Part shown: positions 46,326 through 54,741 of the stretch, one piece after another | Numbering within the stretch: position 1 is the stretch's first letter | Layout: every line of letters begins with the position of its first letter | Assembly: GCA_964453185.1 (NCBI GenBank) | Contig: CAYVNN010000002.1 | Span: forward strand, 55,843 to 119,842 | Direction of reading: 5' to 3' | Length of the DNA: 64,000 bases | Source of the DNA: an uncultured Methanosarcinales archaeon | Lineage (GTDB): Archaea; Nanobdellota; Nanobdellia; Woesearchaeales; DSVV01 | The notes under the pieces: generated by a model | What the model was told of the DNA's origin: nothing | Seen by the model: only the letters and a program-made list of their open reading frames with translations | Databases searched by the model: none | Position numbers and translations under genes: made by a program

Positions 46326-47351
46326 ATGAAGTTTAAATCAGACAAAGAATCAAAACCAATCAAACTTGATCTAAAAGATAAAAGAATTCTAAAATTACTT
46401 GACTTAAATTCTAAACAAAGTTATTCTGCAATTGCAAAAAAAGTTGGATTATCTAAAGAAAGTATTAGATATAGAATAAAACAACTAGAAGACAAAGGAG
46501 TAATACAAGGATACAGACTTGTAGTTGATATGCAGAAATTAGGATTCATTGTTAATCATATTTTTATGACACTAAGCAAACCAGACCTAAAGATTGAAGC
46601 AGATTACTTAGATAAACTAATCAAACTACCCTTTGTCAGAGCAATAATTAAATTTAATGGAGATTATGATTATGAAATTGCAATGGTTGCAAAGAATGTT
46701 GAAGAGATTGATAATAATCTAAACACATTACTTGAAGATGTAAGTCAATTCATAAAAAAACAAGAATTATTTATTGTTGTTAAATATTACGTAAAAAAAG
46801 GATTACCAAATAGTTTTTTACCAGAATCTCAAGCAGGATTTAAGAAAGTAACAAATGAGACGACAAAAGAACCAAATATTGATGAAAAAGATTTAAAGAT
46901 AATTGATGCAATGAAAGGACAAGCAAATAAACCAATCTATCAAATTGCAGAAGAAACAGGATATTCTTCAGAAGTTGTTTCTTACAGACTTAAAAAGATG
47001 GAAAAATCTGGCTTTATATCTAATTATACAATTGCACTTAATTATTATGCATTTAATTATCAAGTCTATGTAATATTACTTAATGTCCATAGTTTACATG
47101 GTGAAACTGAACAAAAACTAGCTAGTTTCTTAGAAAATGATAATAATGTTATTTGGGCAGTTAAAACAATTGGTAAATATAATGTTATTGCATATGTCTG
47201 CACAAAAAGCATTAATGAATTACATGAAACCATAGATAAAATAAGAAGAAACTTTGGAGATAACCTTCAAGATCACAAAACATTAATTGCTTATGAAAAC
47301 AATAAGTTTACTTATGTACCTGATGTTGCACTAAGTGAAGAAGCAGAGTAA
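46326..47351 (+). CDS. tandem (double) Lrp/AsnC-family transcriptional regulator
   Basis: Two HTH_AsnC-like segments (KDKRILKLLDLNSKQSYSAIAKKVGLSKESIRYRIKQLEDKGVIQGY and DLKIIDAMKGQANKPIYQIAEETGYSSEVVSYRLKKMEKSGFI), each followed by a RAM-like domain. Confidence 0.65.
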   Translation: MKFKSDKESKPIKLDLKDKRILKLLDLNSKQSYSAIAKKVGLSKESIRYRIKQLEDKGVIQGYRLVVDMQKLGFIVNHIFMTLSKPDLKIEADYLDKLIKLPFVRAIIKFNGDYDYEIAMVAKNVEEIDNNLNTLLEDVSQFIKKQELFIVVKYYVKKGLPNSFLPESQAGFKKVTNETTKEPNIDEKDLKIIDAMKGQANKPIYQIAEETGYSSEVVSYRLKKMEKSGFISNYTIALNYYAFNYQVYVILLNVHSLHGETEQKLASFLENDNNVIWAVKTIGKYNVIAYVCTKSINELHETIDKIRRNFGDNLQDHKTLIAYENNKFTYVPDVALSEEAE

Positions 47352-47358
47352 TCATTAT

Positions 47359-47379
47359 CACCACTGCCTTGGTTCATTA
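47359..47379. repeat. solo 5' half of the structured element (ACCACTGCCTTGGTTCATTAT), 8 nt after the Lrp gene stop
   Basis: Matches the 5' core with 2 substitutions; no 3' partner. Confidence 0.5.
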
Positions 47380-47421
47380 TTCCAAAAACTTTAAAAACCA
47401 GTAAACTAAGAATCTTATACA

Positions 47422-47760
47422 ATGGTAAAAAAAGAGGTATTTATTAATAGAACTCCTAGTTTATTTGAGTTAATATTATTATTAGCTGGATTGGGTGTTA
47501 CTATTCTTGGTTTTTATCTCATTCATCAACAATACATACTTGATGGAGCAATATTATCATGGAATTTACTAATTAGCGTATTCTTATGGTTACTCCTAAT
47601 CATTGGAATAATATTAGTAGCATTGTTAGAAGATGTTAAAATGGAGCTTTCTACTGTAATAAAAGAACATGTTGAAGAAATTCGACTATTACAAGATGAA
47701 GATAAACTTCTTAAGAAAATAGCTAAAAATAGTAAAAAACCAAGGAAAAAGAGAAAGTAA
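47422..47760 (+). CDS. small membrane protein with 2 TM helices and a basic C-terminal tail
   Basis: Two hydrophobic helices, then KNSKKPRKKRK. Confidence 0.4.
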   Translation: MVKKEVFINRTPSLFELILLLAGLGVTILGFYLIHQQYILDGAILSWNLLISVFLWLLLIIGIILVALLEDVKMELSTVIKEHVEEIRLLQDEDKLLKKIAKNSKKPRKKRK

Positions 47761-47786
47761 TTTAAATATAGGTTTAATTCTGAGGT

Positions 47787-48111
47787 ATTGTAGGGAAGTA
47801 CTTAACTATCGGTGTAAACTGAGGAAAGTCCGTCCACCGTGAAAGACCAGTCTTGGAAGGGACATGGAGAAATTCATGGCAACCACTCAGAAACGAAACC
47901 ACTTGTACTGGGAATGATAGAGTGAAGCAAATGGCGACATTTGTTAGTATCCTCTTGACTATCTTTACAAGAAAGGATGAAACGGTGAGCCCTGGTTGGT
48001 GCAAGGCAGTAACTTTATGTTACATCAGTCCGCTAAGTTAAATGTTAAGGGGTCTGTTTGCATTCAAGGTGCATAGACTCAACAGAAGACGGCTTACCTC
48101 TTCTCTACAAT
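47787..48111 (+). ncRNA. rnpB: RNase P RNA (archaeal type A-like)
   Basis: GAGGAAAGTCCG (P4 5' strand / CR-I) near the 5' end and CAACAGAAGACGGCTTACC (CR-V / P4 3' strand) near the 3' end. P1 pairing of ATTGTAGGGAAG (47787-47798) with CTTCTCTACAAT (48100-48111). Length about 325 nt. Confidence 0.85.
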
Positions 48112-48131
48112 CTATATTAAGGTGAAAAATA

Positions 48132-48344
48132 ATGTCAACAAGATTATGTACAAGAGTAAAAAGAAAATGGGATATTACAACAAGCATTAGTCACGGCGCA
48201 AGAAAAAAAACCAAGAAAAAAGGTGACAGAACATTTACATCAAAAGAATCTGCAGAAAAATACGCAAAAGAAACTAGAAAATTAAAAGCATTCTCAATTG
48301 TATCTGCAAAAAAAAGTAAAAGATTCAAAATTATAGTTGAATAA
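48132..48344 (+). CDS. small basic protein (70 aa), hypothetical
   Basis: K/R-rich, preceded by a GGTG RBS. Immediately downstream of rnpB. Confidence 0.35.
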   Translation: MSTRLCTRVKRKWDITTSISHGARKKTKKKGDRTFTSKESAEKYAKETRKLKAFSIVSAKKSKRFKIIVE

Positions 48345-48400
48345 TTTTTTCTATTCTTATTTTACAAAGTATTATAAGCAATAATTAGATAGATAGAACA

Positions 48401-49741
48401 ATGAAACAAAATAAAACTGCAGAATTCATTAAAAATCCAAAGAAATCTTTCTACAAACTAGCTTTGCCTATGTTTGTTGCTTTAATTGTTCAAACATTAT
48501 ACAATATCACAGACACTGCTTTTGTTGGTAGGTTAGGAGCAGAATCAATTGCTGCATTAACTTTTGCATTTCCATTCTTTTTTGTATTCATAGCAGTCAA
48601 TGCAGGAATCAATATTGGAATGGGTTCAAAGATATCTAGATTATTAGGAAAGAAAAAGAAAATAGAAGCAGAAAACACAGCAATGCATGGTTTGTTCATG
48701 TCATTATTAGCTGCATTAATAATATTTATTATATCTATATTTTCATTAAGAACCATATTTTCAATGTTTGGTGCAGAAGGAGTTGTATTAGAATTAGCAG
48801 TAAGTTATATGACAATTATATTATTGGGAATATTCTTAATGTTTCCTGCATTTACATTTGGAACAATCTTTTCTTCACAAGGAGATACAACAACTCCAAT
48901 GAAAATACAAATCATTGCACTAGTCACAAACATAATATTAGATCCAATCTTTATTTATGTATTAGGATATGGTGTTAAAGGAGCAGCAATTGCAACAGTG
49001 ATTGCATTTTCAGTTGGAGTAATGATTGGATTATATTATATTATTAAAAAATCTTATTTGAAAATTCATATTAGTTCTTTTAAATTTTCTTTTGATATTA
49101 TTAAAGACATATTATATGTAGGGGTTCCTGCAAGTTTAACAACCTTAATGATTGCAGTATATATTATGATAATGAACAAATTCATGGCTTACTATGGAAC
49201 AGATTATATTGCTGCAATGGGAATTGCTACAAGATTAGAAAGTGTTGCAATTATGCCAATAATGGCTGCAGGAATGGCACTTGTTACTTTAGTTGGAATG
49301 TTCCACGGAGCTAAGAAATATAAATTAATGAAAGAGATAATATGGTATGGAACAAAAGTAACTGCATTTGCAACTGCAATAATAGGAATAGTTACATTTG
49401 CTATTCCTGAATTACTTCTTAGAATATTCACACCAGATTCTAATTTAATTAATATTGGAATTGGTTATTTAAGAATTAATGTCTTTACATATCCACTTAT
49501 GGCAATTATTGTTCTTATTAGTAGATCTATACAAGGAATGGGATATGGAATGCCTGCATTGTTTATCTATGCATTAAGGTTTTTTATTTTAGTAATACCT
49601 TTTGCTTATGTGTTTGTTTATGTAATGAAATTAAGTTATTTATCAATTGCATTAGCAATGGTTTTAGGAGCAGTAGTTGCAAGTATAGTTGCAATAGTTT
49701 GGTTAAATGTTAAGGTTGGAGAGTGTGAGAATAATTGTTAA
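48401..49741 (+). CDS. MATE-family efflux transporter
   Basis: 12 TM helices. N-terminal LALPMFVALIVQTLYNITDTAFVGRLG is the MATE signature. Confidence 0.75.
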   Translation: MKQNKTAEFIKNPKKSFYKLALPMFVALIVQTLYNITDTAFVGRLGAESIAALTFAFPFFFVFIAVNAGINIGMGSKISRLLGKKKKIEAENTAMHGLFMSLLAALIIFIISIFSLRTIFSMFGAEGVVLELAVSYMTIILLGIFLMFPAFTFGTIFSSQGDTTTPMKIQIIALVTNIILDPIFIYVLGYGVKGAAIATVIAFSVGVMIGLYYIIKKSYLKIHISSFKFSFDIIKDILYVGVPASLTTLMIAVYIMIMNKFMAYYGTDYIAAMGIATRLESVAIMPIMAAGMALVTLVGMFHGAKKYKLMKEIIWYGTKVTAFATAIIGIVTFAIPELLLRIFTPDSNLINIGIGYLRINVFTYPLMAIIVLISRSIQGMGYGMPALFIYALRFFILVIPFAYVFVYVMKLSYLSIALAMVLGAVVASIVAIVWLNVKVGECENNC

Positions 49742-50571
49742 TTTAGAATAAAAGAACTAAAATCATAACCATTATCAACAGCTCTATCCAATTCTCTTTG
49801 ATGTTCTCTCTGCCCCAATTCAACTAAAACAGGAGTTCCGATTTCAACTAAATTATCTAAAACATATTGTGCTCCATGTTTTTCTTCTGCCTCTAAAAGA
49901 GCATCATAAACCATAATAATTCCAGGTTTATTAGAATAAAAATTATCATCATCAATATCAGCAATTAATTCACGTCTAACACTTGGATGACTATGTCCAA
50001 CAACTACACCATTAAACCATCTTGCAAAACCTTCTTCAAATCTTCTTGAAGAATTACTATACAATGCTTCATGGAATTCTCCAACTTGAACTGCTTCTCT
50101 AACTAAATCATCCCTATAAACATTTTTAAAAACATGATGTCCATATTCATGTGCAACAATATCTTCTACTAAATGCCGCATCTGAGCCACTTGACTTAAT
50201 TTATTTCTATCTTCAAAATTAGATGCAAAATGATTATTCATAAATAAGTCAAAATAAAAACTTGCACGAAATAATGCTTCACCTGTCTGATCAGTATACA
50301 CAGGATTAACAAGAATCTCACCTTGAAAATACTTTCCATAAGCATCCAATATCTCTTCCGGCCTTCCTTCTCTTACAGTAATTCTATCTAAAGAAATCCC
50401 TAAGCCATTTATTCTAGAAACAATGTCGTCATTAACTTCATCCAAAGTAAATTGTCTAACTCCTTGTATAGGATCAGCAAATCTACTATAGCCCTTATCC
50501 CCATATCCATTAGATCTAGCAAGATCCCTTTTAAGATCCAGCAACCCATCCAAATCACAAAGTTCATACAT
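49738..50571 (-). CDS. HExxH zinc metalloprotease-like protein
   Basis: VAHEYGHHVF zincin motif; no signal peptide seen. Confidence 0.45.
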   Translation of the reverse strand: MYELCDLDGLLDLKRDLARSNGYGDKGYSRFADPIQGVRQFTLDEVNDDIVSRINGLGISLDRITVREGRPEEILDAYGKYFQGEILVNPVYTDQTGEALFRASFYFDLFMNNHFASNFEDRNKLSQVAQMRHLVEDIVAHEYGHHVFKNVYRDDLVREAVQVGEFHEALYSNSSRRFEEGFARWFNGVVVGHSHPSVRRELIADIDDDNFYSNKPGIIMVYDALLEAEEKHGAQYVLDNLVEIGTPVLVELGQREHQRELDRAVDNGYDFSSFILN

Positions 50572-50673
50572 AGTAATGTATTAATAGAACTTCTCCTTTA
50601 TAAATGTTTCGAGTTGTTGCTACTGATTAGAAGGTACAAAACCATTAAATATCCATGTTCTATACCCTAAACA

Positions 50674-50976
50674 ATGAAACAAACTAAACTTAAAGGAATT
50701 GCACATGATTTAGCTAATCATTTAGATTTTCAAATATGGTTTGGTCATTATAAAGATATTAAGAACCAATCAACAAATGCTATTGAAAATAAGAATTCTT
50801 TTGACAAAATGTGTATAGCCTTTTTCAAAGAAAGATTACCTAAATCTTTTGAATTTAATAGAATCAAAGAATTAAACATAGAAATAAACAGAACAATGAC
50901 TTCTTTAAACATTAAAGTAGAAGTTAAAATTGATGATCAAGAGTTTAGTTATAAGCATAAGTCATTTATGAGTTAA
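50674..50976 (+). CDS. hypothetical protein (100 aa)
   Basis: ORF only. Confidence 0.3.
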   Translation: MKQTKLKGIAHDLANHLDFQIWFGHYKDIKNQSTNAIENKNSFDKMCIAFFKERLPKSFEFNRIKELNIEINRTMTSLNIKVEVKIDDQEFSYKHKSFMS

Positions 50977-51019
50977 CCATAACAATCTTTATAAAATAAA
51001 TTCTAATACCTAATATTAA

Positions 51020-51739
51020 ATGATATATTCTCAACATAAAGATATGGCAGACTATTGGAAAACAATTATAAGAGAAGGAAGAGATGCTTTTAGAACATAT
51101 GTTTCTGATCCTGCTCTATTTGAAAGATTAGATACATTAGATGAAAATTCAAGAATCTTAGATGCAGGTTGTGGAGAAGGCTATGTTTCAAGGAGATTAA
51201 CAAAACAAGGACATGAAGTTATTGGTATTGATTTATCTGAACCATTAATTGAACATGCAAGAGAACTCGCAACAACAGAAACATATCAAGTTTGTGATGT
51301 TCTTACTTTACCATTTGATGAACAAACATTTGATGTAGTCGTAGCAAACTTCTTATTGATGGAATTTGAACACCCAGAGTTAGCAATACAAAGGCTTGCC
51401 AAAGTTCTCAGACATGGTGGAAGATTTATTTTTCAGATACTAAATCCAAGAATGAATACTTCTCTTTCAGGTGTAATGAAAGGAGAAGAAGATAGATATC
51501 ATGAAACCCAGAGACTTGAAGAAAGATTTGTTGTTGATGGAACAGTATCACCAAGAGCAGCTGTATATTTCCATCATCCTTTTGAAAGATATGAACAAGC
51601 CTTAGCTGAACATGGATTTAGAAGAATATACCGGGCCATCCCTGAACCAATTGCTGAAACCCCAACTGATCATGCCATGATTAAAACGCTAAAACAACCA
51701 TGGTTTGTTTTAATGGATTATGAAAAGGTTCAATCATAA
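51020..51739 (+). CDS. class I SAM-dependent methyltransferase
   Basis: Motif I ILDAGCGEGYVSRRL, with an acidic residue after beta2 (IDLSE). Confidence 0.65.
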   Translation: MIYSQHKDMADYWKTIIREGRDAFRTYVSDPALFERLDTLDENSRILDAGCGEGYVSRRLTKQGHEVIGIDLSEPLIEHARELATTETYQVCDVLTLPFDEQTFDVVVANFLLMEFEHPELAIQRLAKVLRHGGRFIFQILNPRMNTSLSGVMKGEEDRYHETQRLEERFVVDGTVSPRAAVYFHHPFERYEQALAEHGFRRIYRAIPEPIAETPTDHAMIKTLKQPWFVLMDYEKVQS

Positions 51740-52734
51740 GAAAGTAATTTCTCCCTCTCTAACTTTTTCAAAGGATAAGGATCATAAATTAAATCATTCT
51801 CAAACATCACTATGAATTCTACATTCTTAATTATGTCATTAAACTCAATTCTTAACTTTGATATTTCTTTTTGTAATTCTTCTTGAGATTCAACTTCTAT
51901 TGTTATCTCAAAATTCCATTTTCCTACTGTCTCTATGGCGAGGACCATTCTTGGATTTGAATAAGCATAAGAGAAAAGACTGCTTCTTACTTTCTCTTCC
52001 ATATTCTGTAAATTAAATAACAACCTATAACTTTGCATACCATAATTCTGGGATCTAATGTAAGTAGTGTGTGCTTGAATGATTCCTCTTTTTTCTAAAT
52101 GTTTAATTCTTAACGAAATTGTGCTAGCTGGTTTTTTGATAATCTGGGCAAGTTTTATTATACTCATACGGGCATTGTTTGACATTAGTGACAAGATTGT
52201 AGAATCTAACTCATCTAATTCTTCTATATCTGGTTTTTTTCCAAAGTAAGGTGGTTGGAATGATTTAGGTATATTTCCTGTTAAGTAATCTCTTTTATTT
52301 TGTCTTAATTCTGTTCTTATGGTTACACTATTGTCAACTAAATAATTTCCATATTTTGTAAGAATTTGATAATAAATTGTATTAAATTCATAAACACTTT
52401 TTGCCATAATCCCAAAGACTATATCAAATTTCCCTCCGATTGTAGCAATCCAGTAAAGTTCAGGAATACTACCTAGGTATTCAATCATTTCATTCTTTAA
52501 TTTCTCATCAACATTTTGAAACCTACTGTAAACACCAAATCCAGTATATCCCAATTTAGCGAAATTTACTAAAGTTGTATATCTTTCTATTATCCCTCTC
52601 TTTTCAAGATTTTTAATTCTATAAATAACAGTCTCTTTTGATAATCTTACTTTCTTCCCTATCTCTTGAAATGTTGCCCTGGCATTAAGATCCAGTTCTG
52701 CTAATATCTTTCTATCCTTAATATCTAACTGCAT
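51730..52734 (-). CDS. tandem (double) Lrp/AsnC-family regulator, paralog of 46326..47351
   Basis: Start at the ATG at 52734 (MQLDIKDRKILAELDLNARATFQEIGKKVRLSKETVIYRIKNLEKRGII), with a second HTH_AsnC in the C-terminal half. The 5' extension of the track ORF overlaps the divergent gene and lacks features. Confidence 0.6.
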   Translation of the reverse strand: MQLDIKDRKILAELDLNARATFQEIGKKVRLSKETVIYRIKNLEKRGIIERYTTLVNFAKLGYTGFGVYSRFQNVDEKLKNEMIEYLGSIPELYWIATIGGKFDIVFGIMAKSVYEFNTIYYQILTKYGNYLVDNSVTIRTELRQNKRDYLTGNIPKSFQPPYFGKKPDIEELDELDSTILSLMSNNARMSIIKLAQIIKKPASTISLRIKHLEKRGIIQAHTTYIRSQNYGMQSYRLLFNLQNMEEKVRSSLFSYAYSNPRMVLAIETVGKWNFEITIEVESQEELQKEISKLRIEFNDIIKNVEFIVMFENDLIYDPYPLKKLEREKLLSYD

Positions 52735-52840
52735 ATTATAACAAATAACATAATTAGCTAATAAATGTTGTGTTTTATTAAAAAAATAAGAAATTATTCT
52801 AATATATGATAGAAGATCACCACATTTAAGGAATAAAAGA

Positions 52841-53992
52841 ATGAAACTAATAATACCTGATAATAATGATCCAGAATTATTAAAGGTTGTCCAAAGACTT
52901 GTAAATAAAGAGTCTGCACATAAAATTACAGGCATATATGGAAAGCCCACAAAGAATGAATACTTAGGGTCAGGAAGAACAAATAAAATAGACCATACAC
53001 GAAAAGAAGCAGAAGAAAGAGTTTCTAATTTCAGAGCAATGGGAATTTCATATGAATGGTCAATCAACGATATTGTTCCAAGATTTGATTTTTTAGATTG
53101 TAGAGAAAAAATAATTAAAGAATTAGAATGGTTAGAAAGTTCAAGTATTCCATCACTCACTGTTGCTAGTTATGGATTAGCAAGATTAGCAGAAAGATAT
53201 TGTCCTAATAAAGATATAACTGTTTCATTTTTTGCAGGAGTCTCTTCTAAGAAGAAATTAATTCAATGGGCAAAATTACCAAATGTTAGAACTGTTGTTC
53301 TAGATGGATCAACTTTGAGAAACCTTCACGCACTAGAGGAATTAGTAAGGATTGGAGAAAGATATGATGCAAGAATAAGAGTAATAGCAAATCTTGGATG
53401 TATGTCTGACTGTATACAAACTAGAGGGCATGCCATAATAAAATCATATGCATCTATTAACGCGTCAAGATTACATTGTAGACCTTTTACATATTACTGT
53501 CTAAAACATTTACTTGAGAACCCAAGAGAGTTATTACAATTACCCATAATTAGACCAGAAGATTTAAAGAGATATGAAGAGATAGGAGTTGATACAGTAA
53601 AACTTGTAGATAGATCTAGACCCACTCAATGGATTGAAGAAGTTGTTGGACATTATCTTAATGGAACCTATCATGGAAACATCCTTGACTTAACTAGTAA
53701 TTTTTCTACACTTGATATTAGACCAATAAGTACTGATGAAGTTTCTAGAATAAGTGTAGCTGAGTTAAATAGATTAACAGAAGCAGAAAAAAGAGAATGG
53801 ATAAGAAGATATAGGGAGAGATTACCAGAATTTATAGGAGTTAGTATTAATCCAGATTATGATTTATTAGCTTGTGATAATACATGTGAAGAATGTAATT
53901 GTGATCCTTCTGCTCTTAGATATGATCCTGAGAGAAGAAGAATAGTATTAGCTCAATTAAATGAAATAGAAAGGATGTATTTGTTCAGGTAA
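52841..53992 (+). CDS. possible peptidase-U32-family (TIM-barrel) protein with a Cys-rich C-terminus
   Basis: GVDTVKLVDRSRPTQWIEEVVGHY resembles the U32 GVDAFKIEGRMKSPEYV segment. C-terminal CDNTCEECNCD cluster. Confidence 0.3.
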   Translation: MKLIIPDNNDPELLKVVQRLVNKESAHKITGIYGKPTKNEYLGSGRTNKIDHTRKEAEERVSNFRAMGISYEWSINDIVPRFDFLDCREKIIKELEWLESSSIPSLTVASYGLARLAERYCPNKDITVSFFAGVSSKKKLIQWAKLPNVRTVVLDGSTLRNLHALEELVRIGERYDARIRVIANLGCMSDCIQTRGHAIIKSYASINASRLHCRPFTYYCLKHLLENPRELLQLPIIRPEDLKRYEEIGVDTVKLVDRSRPTQWIEEVVGHYLNGTYHGNILDLTSNFSTLDIRPISTDEVSRISVAELNRLTEAEKREWIRRYRERLPEFIGVSINPDYDLLACDNTCEECNCDPSALRYDPERRRIVLAQLNEIERMYLFR

Positions 53993-54085
53993 TATAATTA
54001 GCACATTCTTAACAAAAAACCAAAAAATATTTATATAAGTTCATATATATAACTATATAAGTTCATATAAATAAAAGAGGCAAAG

Positions 54086-54364
54086 GTGGGTCAAATGGCA
54101 AGAGCACAAATGGAAATAATCCATTATCCAAGTTTGAAAACTGTACTTATGGTGGAAGAAACATTGAAAAAAGAAAATGATTTGATAACAAGAGAGAAAT
54201 TAAAAAAGAAACTACCACGTAAAGTTATGCACCAAACACTAAATATTATTTTAGAATATTTAGAAGATAGTGGAAAAATATTAGATGGTAGGAAAGGAAT
54301 TTTATGGATATATAATCCAAGTCCTAAACTAAATAAAGCAATAAAAGAAGGTATAGAATTATGA
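54086..54364 (+). CDS. putative antitoxin (small wHTH-like protein) of a RelE-type TA pair
   Basis: 92 aa. Its stop overlaps the start of the downstream toxin gene (ATGA). Confidence 0.4.
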   Translation: MGQMARAQMEIIHYPSLKTVLMVEETLKKENDLITREKLKKKLPRKVMHQTLNIILEYLEDSGKILDGRKGILWIYNPSPKLNKAIKEGIEL

Positions 54365-54741
54365 CATTTAAAGGAAAACCAGTTAAAGTAATTATAACTG
54401 GAAACGCAATTGATGCATTTAATGATCTAAACAAAGTTGTCGGAAAGGAAATTGCAAAAGGAATTACTGGAAGTGAACATCAAACACTTTTTAATTCAAT
54501 AAAACAAAAAATTGATTTTCTAAAACAAAATCCAGAATATGGAAGACACATTCCAAAGAATAGAATTCCAAAAGAATACGTTAAAAATTATGATGTAAAT
54601 AATTTATGGAAAGTTAATTTATCTGGTGCTTGGAGAATGATATACACAATTAGAGGAAGTGAAGTAGATATTATTTCTTTAATATTAGACATAATGAATC
54701 ATAGAGATTATGAAAAAAAGTTTAAATATAAAAAAAGCTAA
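54361..54741 (+). CDS. RelE/ParE-family toxin
   Basis: NLWKVNLSGAWRMIYTIRGSEVDIISLILDIMNHRDYEKKF fits the RelE/ParE core (GxYRxIY...V.IL.I..H.DY). N-terminal QNPEYGRHIP fits too. Confidence 0.5.
   Translation: MTFKGKPVKVIITGNAIDAFNDLNKVVGKEIAKGITGSEHQTLFNSIKQKIDFLKQNPEYGRHIPKNRIPKEYVKNYDVNNLWKVNLSGAWRMIYTIRGSEVDIISLILDIMNHRDYEKKFKYKKS

Noticed and set aside
47774-48041. Track ORFs 47774..48004 (-) and 47853..48041 (+)
   Set aside because: They overlap the RNase P RNA gene and have no coding features.
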